From Chlorokybus atmophyticus (lineage: Eukaryota > Plantae > Mesostigma and Chlorokybus algae), in NCBI GenBank assembly GCA_009103225.1, contig RHPI01000003.1:115137-179136 (forward strand): a stretch of DNA of 64,000 nt, in the 5' to 3' direction. The notes below the pieces were generated by a model. It made no database searches. It saw nothing but the letters and a program-made list of their open reading frames with translations, and was not told where the DNA came from. Both the position numbers and the translations under genes were made by a program. This document shows, piece by piece, positions 1 through 11,647 of the stretch (position 1 is the stretch's first letter; each line of letters starts with the position of its first letter).

Positions 1-1795
1 CAGCCGACACCAACGAGTATCCCAACCTTTAGTCGCTGCGGCACGCCACGCTCGATCAACCACAGCATCATGATAATCCCCAATAAGAACCCCATCACGA
101 TGCCTAGCAACATGTCCGTGTTGGTGCCCTCGCGGTCCGGCACCATCAATGCATCTTGTGAAGCCTCTGCAACCTGCACGTCACACAAACTCAGTGTGAT
201 GGCGGTAGCTGCAAGATCATGAGTGCATGACTGAATGAAATTTGATGTTCCAAGCTGTGCTCAGAAACCAATGTACGACCGAAAGTGCACAGCATGTGTG
301 CTGGGGATTGTGCAATGCCTGCCCACCGTTGCAGACAAGCTTGCCCGCTATGTAGAACACGCTGGAGTCTGCAACTATACATAGGACATGCAGGTGATGT
401 CACAGGATGACTTGCCACTGCCACAGTCACGTGCGTGCGTGCACAGCTGGAACTGCAACCTCAGAAATTCAAACAATACGACACCAACTCGAGCAACTAC
501 TCACTTGGATACGCAGCAATCTAGACACAGCATGTGTATGCATACAGCCACAAACAGGCGAGCAGCCTGCAACACACTCACCGCAGCAGCAGCCTGCATC
601 CTCGCAGTCAACTCGCGCAGCGCCTCCTCCTGCGCTTCCGTGTCGCTGCTGGTGCGCACACTGTCGGCGCCTGTTGTTGGCAGCGGTGGTGGCGGCACGC
701 CATTGGGGCGAGCAACAAGGTGGAGGATGTGGCCGTTGGTGATGCCCAGCGAAGTTAAAGGCAACTGCAAACAAAGCAATGTGATTGTGGCTTCAGAATC
801 AGCACATGCTTGAACCGCACATCAATCCACCGGCACATGGCATAGACGGTGCTGATCATGCCTTTCAACTGTCATAAAATATACATGTGAATGTAGCCAG
901 TGTGCACATGTTATGTCTCAACACTTCATGGACAGCTTCACACAAGGGCGTCACTGCCCCGACAGCGCCTGTCACCCTACTGGTTTGAGACTCGTGTCAA
1001 GTACTGTGTTGCACACGTATGTACTGCTATATCACACACTGCTCAGGAGAGTGCGAAGGAAAGGTGGCGCACCATTAGGTAACTCGAAGAAGCATGTTAT
1101 GCCAGTAACGGAAGTAAAAAACCCTCCTTTACGCACAGATAAAGGAGCTGCTTGTGGCTACATGCAAACCAGTGAATGTGAACTACGAGTCCCCACCACT
1201 CTCAGTACGACAAGCTCTTGGCTACAGGGGCATGCGCTGATTGCATGCTGTCCTACACCATCAGAAGCTGGAGCGAAGGTGGCATGGTGTGAGACCTATC
1301 CTAGAGTACGCTGTGCATGGCATACTGCCGCTTCAAACGCCGTAAGTTGCTATGCAGACATTGACGCTTGAACAAAGCACAGCTGAATAACAAAACACAG
1401 TTGCATAAGGCTGTCGCACATGAAGTCTGTGTGGCCTCAGCCTGAGTCATGCAGCTGCTGGCAACGTGCTTTACGTTGTGACCGCTTTAACCTGCTGTTA
1501 TTCGCGGGCATCCTGTAAGCTGTGGTGTTTGTGTGCTGATCATGGGAGTGAGTGGCCTGTAGCTTACATGTTCTGGTAGGCGCTGGCCGGACCAGATGAG
1601 GCGCTGCTGGGCGGGCGGCAGGCCGACCAGTTGGTGGATGCTGGCCTTGACGTCAGCGGCGGTGGCCTTGGGAGCGCAGGCGATGGTGAGGTCGGGGGCG
1701 TCTGCGCTGCGGACGTTCACCGTGAAGTTCCCGGCGGTGACGGCGGTGCCACCAGCAACACCACCACCAATGCCACCGCCCACGCCCTCGGCCAT
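1..1795 (-). CDS. Ubiquitin-like domain plus C-terminal transmembrane protein, DSC3/DUF2407-like (multi-exon, 3' end runs off the window)
   Basis: Exon from ATG 1795 encodes a UBL fold (FTVNVRSADAPDLTIAC...TAADVKASIHQLVGLPPAQQRLIWSGQRL); it continues in the exon near 770-560 (LTSLGITNGHILHLVARP). Bases 1-170 translate on the minus strand to EGTNTDMLLGIVMGFLLGIIMMLWLIERGVPQRLKVGILVGVG, matching the remembered DSC3 C-terminal GFxxG membrane motif. Confidence 0.75.
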
Positions 1796-2747
1796 GTACC
1801 GCACCAGGCCAATAGCCTGGGCTCCCTCAGCGCCGACAGCAGCTGTCTGCAGCCATGGGTGGGTGGAGAGCTCTCAACATAGACTGCCTGCTTCGTCTGC
1901 CCGTCGACACCCAAGACAATCACGATGACAACGTCCCCGTAGCCCAGCAGCCTGCCCTGTAGTCCTGTAACCAGGTCAACACAGCTCCTGTATAGGGATG
2001 ATAGAGGTATGCCACGCGGTCATGCCGCATGCGGCATGACCCTACATGAGCTACCGTACGGTAAGTCACCTCCCATCAGTGTACAGGATGCATAACGTGC
2101 TATGTGTTATGCGAGATAGAGTACATCATGATACATGTGGTGTTGCATTGCTCAAGTTCACAAGATTATGACCTCGAGTAATGCAAGCTATATGTGATGA
2201 AAAGCCATGATGCATGCAAGTTATGTTATACTCATTACAACTGTACAACACCGTTTAAAACATTGCAATCAGCATGTTATAACAATTGATGATTTTATAT
2301 TTGTTTGTATCATGTAGCTCACGTCACGTGAGTGATTATGTCAAATCATGTAATGCATCGCTGACTCGGCGCTACTTCAGCGCCTTGATTTTGAAGACGA
2401 TAATGCTTTTGCCTTTGAAAAAGAATGATATATAATCTTATTATTTTCGAGTTGTATTGAAACCGAGCGCACATGATATCAATCTTTCGAGAGTCAATAT
2501 CAACAATGTAAAAAGTACTAGGTATAAGAAATAAATTGTAACATATCCCGTTATGCGTCGATGAAAGATTGAAACATAACATATGTTATTACATATTAAA
2601 AAGACATATGCATACACAATGCCATGCCTTATATACGATTCATTCGCATGCTATGTTATTAAATATCTTATGCATTGATATTTATATGCAACCTATAAAG
2701 CTTGCTTCGTTGCCATGCATGTTTCAGAGCTAACATGGGCCACTATA

Positions 2748-4313
2748 CGTCGCAAAATGTTACCCCTGACGGCTGACTCAATATGTAGAACGGTCGTGGG
2801 GCTGAGGATACTTAGTGAGACTGTCGTTATTCAGTCGGTCGACGATCTTGATACAAGGGCCTGAGCATAACGGCCATTACCATCAGTTGCTGACCGTCTG
2901 GATAAAGGGACCAACTCCAACTAACAGGTACCTGTAAGAATACCCATCAGTTAAGCAAAAAAGACTTAACCTAACCGACAAGTAACTAACCAGTACCTTA
3001 TAGTTAGGTACAGGCGATTGTACACTACCTGATTGTAACTGACAGGTACATCATGGTTGCTGCCGTTACTGAAGGGCACCTTCAAAGGTACATGCCGGGT
3101 TCCGTTCGGTCATGATTGAAAACCTCACGTGAGTGACGTCAATAATGATGAAATAATCATAAAATAATATATTACATGTGTTGCAAGTCATACTGGTACT
3201 ATGCTACAACATGAACTACTGTGAGCGGCTACTACTGCTGCTGCTACTACTACTACTACCACCCTAATTCAAGGCCTTATACCAAGCCGCCGCTCTTTGT
3301 CCACCGCCGCTCTTGCAAGCACAAGTCAATCACACCAGTGCCATCAGCAGCAAATTACACATCAATGCTCACAATGTGACAACTTACATACACATGCTGT
3401 TGCTTGCCATATACCGCCGCCGCCGCCTGGCCTGGCCTAGCCTACTAGGTAGTAGCCTACTAGGCTAGTAGCCTGGCCTGGTTTGGCCTCGTTTAGCCGC
3501 CCTGAGATCAAGAGGGCGGTTAGGCTGCATGCACTGATGCGCATAACACAACGTTACAGCACCAAGCAAACAAGCTGTTAGCCGTTGCCGCCGCCATCAC
3601 GGCCGCCGCCACCGCCGCCGCTGCACAACTCAACTGTTGAACTGACTTGAAGCTGTTAAGCGTTTCAACTTTGAGCAACCCAAGTGACTCCAAAGCGTTA
3701 TCACAATGGCACCATCGTACCATGAAATAAAATGGTACGATGGTGCTATTATAATAATGGGATTTTTGTACCATTTGTATGATTCGATAATTGCATGTAC
3801 CAACGTTCCGCATTGCTCACCAGCAATAAAAGACGGGCATTCACATAATCGTCATAGTCGGTTTGTCGCCGCCGCACTAACGGACGATCGGTGGTCTGCC
3901 GTCACTTATCGACAAGCGGGCAGGTCACGGAATAAGGACTGACAGTGACTGGCTTGCCATAGTAGGCAAGCCGCTGCGCATACGGTAAGATGGTTATGGT
4001 ACGACCGGCGGTGGACCGTCGCAAAAAATGACCGAAAGGTGACTATCTGCTATGCATGATAGGTCGCTATGAAGCAATATACACGACCGGCGATCAGCCG
4101 TAACTTGAAGATGCGGTGACGTCACGTTCCAATCATCGCAAGCAGGCTTTGATTGCGTGTAGCTATCGGCCGATCGCTGGCCGTCGTTAAATGTTGCTGA
4201 GTAGCACCGACCGTCTTATAAGTCCCTTCATGAACCAATCCATTAGGTCATGCAGGGTCAGGTACCCGTCAGTCCCTCAGACTCTTGACAGTCACCGTGT
4301 AAAATTTGCAATG
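2748..4313 (+). mobile_element. Non-autonomous TIR element, copy A (about 1.57 kb)
   Basis: Left end TA|CGTCGCAAAATGTTACCCCTG, right end CACCGTGTAAAATTTGCAATG|TG (imperfect inverted termini). Colinear similarity with 28281-29731 and with the reverse complement of 29988-31555, including shared blocks CCCATCAGTTAAGCAAA, (ACT)n, (GCC)n(TGGCC)n, ATGGTAC clusters and GTCAGTCCCTCAG. No ORF. Confidence 0.75.
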
Positions 4314-4547
4314 TGTTGCTTAGCAAGATCCAATTTGCGTAGCCTACCGGTATTTGACATGCGTGACTTTAATTTACAAACCTGAGACTGGATAGACTTG
4401 TTAGCGCTGACTCGGCAATAAGCGTGATATATGAAGCGTAATATCTTATTATACTACCGTTTCACATTGATAAAGTGAACATATTGCTGTGCTTTACAGT
4501 GAACATTTTACGGTTTTTAATCTTTAGATTCAAAAGCATGCGCACAC

Positions 4548-5036
4548 CGTAACAGTGGGCTCTGACCACTATGCTATGGTAGCAAGACGCTACCGTCAGT
4601 GAGGTCTATCACAATGTATCCCAAATGTGACATTCCTCCTCAACTTAACCCACGGGTTCCTTATTATCGAATGAAGCACTTATTAGCCCACGTCGCCGTG
4701 GTCACGGCCGTACCACGACCGGTCCGACCGCGGCCTTTTTGATCCGGCCTACGAACGATCATAACCGATTGAACTGCAGCGGCCTGCCATTAAGGCGCGA
4801 CCGCTCACGCGACCATAGGTCAAATTGGCTCGGCGCGCAGGTTGCGAACCTGCGCCCAGCCTAGGGCAAGCCGCCCCAAATGTTTTGTGCCCTTGGATCT
4901 GCCTCAGTGCCCTACGGGAATTAAATCCACGACGTCAAGCTCTGTTGCCATTGTAACAACTGGGCTCCGACCATTAGGCTATAGTAGCAAATAGCGCCAC
5001 CACGAGTAAGGTCGCAATTTATCTCAAATTGTGACA
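4548..5036 (-). mobile_element. TRIM (miniature LTR retrotransposon) with 85-bp LTRs and tRNA-like sequence
   Basis: Direct repeats 4548-4632 and 4952-5036, both 85 bp, with (C/T)GTAAC...GTGACA ends. TSD CACAC at 4543-4547 and 5037-5041. On the minus strand: PBS-like TGGCAACAGAGC (4950-4939; 10/12 to the tRNA-iMet PBS TGGTATCAGAGC) 1 nt after the 5' LTR, and purine tract TTAAGTTGAGGAGGAA (4648-4633) directly before the 3' LTR. Confidence 0.85.
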
Positions 5037-5041
5037 CACAC

Positions 5042-6030
5042 GATGTTCATAAACATAAGCGAATGCAAGTATGGTTTGCATTAAATCGTAACATAATTGA
5101 CTTGTCGTCAGGCATACAACTTCACATATTGCATCAGTATGTATACAAAGCATGCTCACTTTTAAGGATTTTACCACTTCCGTTGCTATTGAAAACTTTG
5201 CAAGTTGATATGACACTATTTTTAACATTATGCGCTTAAATGACACAGGAGTTTAAGCCATTCATAAAGCCTTATTATGCGTTGATTGAATTATATTAAC
5301 AAAAGTGTATTCATTTTCACTACTATGCTTGTCGGCTCACAAAGGAGCGGCAAGACACCTCTACTTCGGCAATATATGAAGTAGAAGAAGCTGTGCTACA
5401 CGCCGTGTTACATCCATTTTCGAAGAAAGGCATTTATTAATGCTTGTGATATAGTAAATTTACTATATATCGCATTGATGGTCGATCAGGACAACACGGA
5501 GAGGCTTTCAACGATTTACGCCTTTAAAGGCGCCAATATACGAGACATTATTCGAAGTCTTCAAGCAGTCTTCATCGAATGACTTGCAAGGGAAGATGAT
5601 AGAACTTCAATGTGGCGATTGATATCATTATTGACAGCAAGGGAGCCTCGGGCTGCTGGATCGCGTTGCTTTTCATAAAGCTTCTTTATTGAAGCAAACT
5701 TATGGATTTTAAGTTTAATGAGTTGCTTGAGGTGATGTTAAGTCAGTGGCATCATGCATATGGTAGCGTGCATGAAAAACACAAACAACAGGAAAGTGGT
5801 AACCATCTTTTAAGTTTGTTGATGATGAAGCCAACGTGCGTTTCATGTGGCGTGATATTGTCAACCGTAATGCCTGACGAAGATTCTTTGCGGCTATCAC
5901 TACCGATAAGCAGAATTCTTCATGGGCATATGTTATTCTTACTACTGACTCTGATTCCAATTCTGGTCGACGACGCTGTCAAGGGCATTATTTATGTAAA
6001 AACGCATGTTTTGTGGACTACTATCAATGA
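5042..6030 (+). pseudogene. Decayed intronless AT-rich P-loop NTPase, possibly SF3/D5/VapE-like helicase of viral or mobile origin
   Basis: From 5325 the frame reads MLVGSQRSGKTPLLRQYMK* (Walker A GxxxxGKT) followed by in-frame stops and frameshifts. About 70 codons upstream is VWFALNRNIIDLSSG, reminiscent of the D5 FxNGVxDLxxG motif. Downstream fragments include FKFVDDEA. Family assignment is weak. Confidence 0.4.
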
Positions 6031-7284
6031 TTATCCACGGCTTTGGGTTGTTAAATTCATGCACTGGCTGAAAGGCGGCTAGCAACTGTTTTGGAAAGGT
6101 CTTGCCCTCCTGGGCGCATGCCTTTGAGGTGTGCGGTGGGAATCATTAACTTTTAACAACTGTCGCTGCGTCGCTCCTCATTATATGGTCTCTGCATGAA
6201 CTCGCAGCAGCAAAAGTGGAGCTCGAGGTTGATTGCATTTTGGACTTCATAAGTGATAGGGCCTCCCCTACAGCGGATGTTGGCTACATGCGTGATTTTG
6301 TTTTCCTCATAACAAAAACTATTGCTTTCAACTTCACCTTTCATGCAGTAAAGTTCAAGCGTGCGACTCATGCTTTTAAGTATCAGAGAATGATGCTATT
6401 GCAGCAATGGTGTTTGTAGACTACTTCATTTTGCGTTCATTTCGTGCTAGGTGGGTGACATAAACGCCAGCGCATTTGGCGTATCTTACAAGTCTGTATT
6501 GGCTACAACCATGCAAGTCCTCAATTTTTTATCATACACATGTTGCGCCTCCATGTTTATGAAAGCAATGATGGGGGTGGCACCCCTATGTGTGAACAGT
6601 AATGACGGATGCAAATGGCATCTGGCATGAGCATGTGCTCAGTGGCGGAGCAGCAATTAATCATGCAATATAAGCAATATAAACATGGATATGGACGTAA
6701 ATAAGGTGGACAACGCGAGCAACATAGGCCATTAATAACAGATGATCACTTGTTAGCAGTGCTTTGTGTCATGTTGTTGTCGTCGTGATTGTCAATCCGT
6801 TAACGCCGCCATGCAATTATTGCTTAAACTTGCGCTAGACTTCTGGCCAGCTTTCTATTTCATATATTGATATATTTGCTAGCTTATTGTTGTTCGGATG
6901 TGCAAATGCATTTGCATGATAGCGCATATGTGATACAGCTTGGTAAATACATAGACACACATAGCTGCCTACCCAGAATACATTATGATATTGATATCAT
7001 ACAAAATCCATTTGCATTGGATGCACTAAGATCTAGTACTCTTGGTAGAATGCAATTTGCTTAGCCCACTGGTGCATGACATGCTTTCCTTTGATTCTGC
7101 TGGGACCAAACCGGCAGTCACATCAAGCTTGGCAAGCCACATTTGCGCGCCACACCTGCAGCACGTGGCTGTGTGTCAGCTAACCGCGGCAAGCAGCGAC
7201 CAGCGTGTAGGATGAACGTCCTTGTTATATGTATGCGATAGACTTTACACGTTAGGGCACACTCGCAGTAGCAGTAGCAGCACT

Positions 7285-7321
7285 CAATGGCAATGCACTA
7301 CTGAGTAGTGCACTGCCATTG
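7285..7321. repeat. Near-perfect 37-bp palindrome
   Basis: CAATGGCAATGCACTACT-G-AGTAGTGCACTGCCATTG: 17 of 18 positions pair. Confidence 0.9.
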
Positions 7322-7734
7322 ACATTCGCTACCGAGGCAGTGCGAGAGACTGTCTGCGTGCTTGCAGTTGAGTAACGTGCGCAGATGATTGCAGAACTTG
7401 GATTACGCAGTGGGTTAAGCTTCTAGGCGACGGCAAGAGGAGGGAGGGAGGAGGAGGAGGAGGAGGAGGAGGAGGGGGGGCTGCTGTGAGGGTGGCGTTA
7501 CAGACTAGCAGAAAGCATGCCTTGGTGGTGGTGACGGGTGCTGTAACACCACCCCAGCGCGCAGATTGCCATCACCAACACTCGCTTCAGCACTGATCAA
7601 GAATAGCGCAGGCTTGTTGCTAACGCAACAACACCGTCACGGTTGCCGACAGCGACGTCGCCGCCCACGTAGCAAATGAGATTGCTACGCGCAAGACGCA
7701 CGAAAAAAGTGCAAAAGTCATCCCGGATGAACCA

Positions 7735-7822
7735 TCCGACGAGCCGGATTCGAACCAGCGACCTAAGGATGTCTGCTTGTCACAACTACAGTCCTCCGCT
7801 CTACCAACTGAGCTATCGTCGG
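7735..7822 (-). tRNA. tRNA-Tyr(GTA) with a 15-nt intron
   Basis: Reverse complement CCGACGATAGCTCAGTTGGTAGAGCGGAGGACTGTAG[TTGTGACAAGCAGAC]ATCCTTAGGTCGCTGGTTCGAATCCGGCTCGTCGGA. Full cloverleaf, anticodon GTA, intron after position 37, T-tracts downstream (7717-7714, 7708-7703). Nearly identical to the plant cytosolic tRNA-Tyr. Confidence 0.98.
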
Positions 7823-8034
7823 ACTCGATGCAAGCAAGTGAAGACTACAAAAATATAACTGTATATTTGCATAACAGCGGGTGCGCACAACAACATGAAG
7901 AAGTGTCAAGCTTGGCGTTGAAACAGTGAGTCACTGTGAGTGGCATGTCAAGATTCATGATGCAGAGAGAAAAGTTACCGCAGCAGCCAGCCATCTGCTG
8001 TGCCCTGCATCAGATCCTCTGGTGCCAGCTGGCT

Positions 8035-11000
8035 ATGCCGCTGACGTGGGGGCAGNGCAAGGTAGGTCTCCGTCATACTTCTCCTGTCCAAACCTTTGCT
8101 CGTCATTAGTGTCCTCCTCATCCTTCGCACCCTCATTACTGTTCTTGTTCGTTGGCCTGGCAGGCGCCGCTTGAGTTTGACGAGGAGCCTGGCGCCGCCA
8201 GCACAGAAGTGCAGTGCTACAGCTGCCTGAAAGTGTGCCATTTCCTCTCAAAGACAGAGAAGAAGCCCGCTGAATGCAATCCCAGCAATGTCACAAGCCT
8301 TGCAGCTGTGCCATTGCCGCCACACAAACAGGAGAAGGCGGAGGTTCAGTTAGTGAGGGAAATAGACAACAGTCCATACAACACGCACATCCCACCACCG
8401 GTCCAGCAGGCCCATTGTTCCGCATGCAAAGCTCAGCTAGAATTCGACGACGTTCCAGGTTGGTTGACAATCTGTGTTTACCTTATATGCAATAATAACT
8501 CGATATGTAAACATTTGCATGACCAAGTGCTGCTCTATGCTGGCTGGTGGTAAGACATGACAGCTATCATCAATTGTATCAGAAACTTTGTTTCATACTC
8601 CTCACAGGCGCGGATGGGTTGGTGGAAGTGAGCTGTTGGCAGTGCAGCAAAACAAGCAAGCTGCCTTCATTGCATTTGAAGGAACAGCATCAGCAACCAA
8701 ATACTAGGAACCATCTTCCCAACAACAGCAACCATCACAATATACAGAAGCAGCCGCAGGTTCTCATCCGACACCCGTGCAAGACGTGCCAGCACGTCAT
8801 TGAGTTTCACCCTCGCCCCGGCCCCGACGGTGTCACTCCACTGCGATGCCCCAGATGCAATGCTGTCTCGCGACACCATACCACAGGTGGGACTCAAGAC
8901 ATTGTAATGGCTCACTCACTCAAGCACTCCGGTGCGTGTTTCTTTGGTTTTGGTTTTGGTTTCTTGTGGTCAATATTATGCATTCAACAACCAGTGATGT
9001 TCACCTGCACTCGGGTAAAAGTGTTCATCCATGTTGTTGACACAACGCATGGAACGCATGTTGGTAAGTCCCCACGCGCTTGCTGTCCATGGACGTGGGA
9101 ATTAGCAAATTTGACTAATTCCCACGTCCATGGCTCATCTTCTTCACTTACACTCTCACGCCCTCTGTCGCGCATTTGCTCACTTGCAGCCATTCACTCA
9201 CTCACTCACTCAATCAGCCGGTTTTAACTTGCTCACCCACTGTTTTCTTGCACACTCATTCACGGCCTCTCGGAATGTCAGTTAGTCCAAGTTTAGATAG
9301 TGACTCCCTCTGGTCAGGTCCCAAGCCAGTGACGCCAACCTCCAATGTCAAATCGATCAAGGCCCTGCCGCAGCTGCTGCTCACCACAATCAACGGCGTC
9401 CCGCTGAGTGCATCTGACCGCGCGCTGCTACTCTCATTAAACGCCTCGCCGCCGCCCGGCCACTTGTGGTAAGGGTGTTGAAGTACCAATCCTTTGTCTG
9501 TGTACATAAATATGCGTGTGCACTACGCGCGTGTGTGTGCACTATCTTGCTGTGTACAGAGCATGCACGTCAGTGCACACACACACGCGCTCTCAGGCAT
9601 GCAAACACGCATACACAGGCAGCCACACGCACATATACACGACAGGCGCATACACTCAGACAGCCACACACACAGACGCATGTACGCACAGATGGGCGCG
9701 TGCGCACACACATTGCATTTGCATCTGTGGCATCCACGTGCAAGGTTGAGGTGGTGTACATTTGGGCTGTGTCGTTGGGGTGGGTGCTGTCCCATAGCAT
9801 ATATGTAGTGCGCACAACTCCTAGCAGTGTGTGAAATAGAGTGTCCAAGTGCTCTCTCACCATTGTACAACGTGTTGAAGATGTAGTAATCAGGTGCATC
9901 CTCTTCTAAGTACACCATCAACACACCTTCCAATGTTAGGTACAATCGGCTGGATGGGACTTGGGGGTTTTGGGGTGCACCCGTGCAGGGGCGGATACAG
10001 CCAGGGCTTCACCTCGGCGGGGGCAATCTGCCAGGCGGGACCCCACCCGGCTTCGCCCTAAACCCCACTCCTCCTACGCACACGCCAACAACACCTTATC
10101 AGCTGCACTCGCCGCTTGTCAACGACGCCAATGTGGTAGTGGTCAAGCCGCCCACCAAACCCGCTTCGCTCCAACACGCTTACTCGGTGCCAGCGACACA
10201 ACAAGTAGCGTACACGCACCCAACCCAAGCCGCACCCCTCCCTCACGCCGCCACACTCGTGCACACGTACAGCGCACCCCCAACAGTGTTGGTCACACCC
10301 ACCCCACACCAGGTGTGGCCTCCACCCTCGCAGAGCATTACGAACGTGCTGAACTCAATCAACAACGCGCTGATGAGTGTGTCGCTCGCTGGCCGTACGA
10401 GGCCGCCAACATTCTCGACACAGCAACACCAGCAACAGGTACTTGTCCCTGTACAGAGGCCCGCTGCTGTTGTGATGGTGCCCCCAGCCACTGCTCCTGC
10501 TGGTGGGATTGTCGCTCAAAGGCCGAGCGTGCTTTACCAACCATACAAGATAAATAAGTATCAACAACAGCAGCAGCAGCACAATCAACCGATGCTACAC
10601 CAGCAACAACAACAACAACAGCTTGATGGCAACACGCAGCTGTTCCAGGGCCAGGTATGCTTGCTATCAACAGCTAAAACAGAGGAAATGCCAACATTGA
10701 GGAAATTTGAACATGTGGACATGGCCTGAAGTGGCATGCGCGTGTTGCGTGTGACAGGATCAGGATCAGCAAGGAAATGACTGGCAAAATGGGCCGGACA
10801 GAGTGGATGATGGGAGCCAGCAGCAGGTGAGAGCATGTTACAATAATACAAACAAACCATGGTCTCATGTGAGCTGAATAGGCATTTGGATTGCCGTTTA
10901 TACGTGTGCACAACTAGGAGGCATATGAGCCGCAGTACGAGATGGCCACCTATTCCGAAGAGGGTGTGACATATGTCGAGGCTGGCTCGTACGATGCAGG

Positions 11001-11157
11001 CTCGGTGGATACTTCCAGTTCGTATGAGACAGCTACCTTTGACAGTGCTTCCTACGATGCGCCGTATGACATGTCTGCGTGCGCGGACACATCCTCTTTT
11101 GACATGTCCTCGGTCGACACGTCCTCATTCGACTTTTCCTCCTTGGGCTGCAGTTGA
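8035..11157 (+). CDS. Zinc-ribbon (LSD1-like CxxC...CxxC repeats) plus EDR4/XLG-like INGxPL...PG.W..G.WG domain, with a P/Q-rich region and Ser/Asp tail
   Basis: Spliced repeats xxQCK|APLEFDEEPGAASTEVQCYSC, CSACKAQLEFDDVPG|ADGLVEVSCWQC and CKTCQHVIEF...LRCPRC. Exons 9270-9470 and 9941 onward join to give TINGVPLSASDRALLLSLNASPPPGHLWYNRLDGTWGFWGAPVQGRIQPGL. Last exon 10933-11157 ends FDFSSLGCS*. The start codon is uncertain (an N at 8056). Confidence 0.7.
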
Positions 11158-11647
11158 GGAGTCTGTGAGTGTGTCTCATAGCGGTGGCTGCACAGCAGCA
11201 ACAAGTTGAATATGTAATAAAACACACATTCTAGGTGTTTGGTTGGCGCCTGAGATTGTCTGCCGATCCAGGGTGCTATGTAATGTTGTGTTTGATATAC
11301 AGTGCTACTTCTTTGTCAGATGAGCAGGTATGATGCCAATGGTTGCAAGAGGTTACCAGTCAAAAATGCTATGTGCTGCAGTACCATAGCAAGCACCATT
11401 GGTTTTGCACAGAACACTCATGATACATAGAGTCTGCAGGCAGTACCAACAATCTGTCTGCACGATACACACATACAAGTGTCCGGAGCACAACAAACAC
11501 ATTATGACAACCCGAGAACAGATGAGCATAAGCCAGAACTAGGCATATTGTGGCGCACGCGAGAGTGGCTGCAATGAACCTTGCATACCACCCACCCGTT
11601 TGACATGTTGGTCAGCATCCACGCGAATATTGAACCGCTTGTCGTTA

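Noticed and set aside
7690-7734. Dicistronic tRNA-snoRNA (GGATGA after the tRNA)
   Set aside because: T-tract terminators follow within about 20-30 nt and there is no box D; too short.
9466-9945. Overlapping His/Thr/Ala/Cys/Val-rich ORFs (also 38000-38230, 55140-55730, 58790-59300, 60650-61100)
   Set aside because: Stop-free translations of RY-alternating intron repeats, not real proteins.
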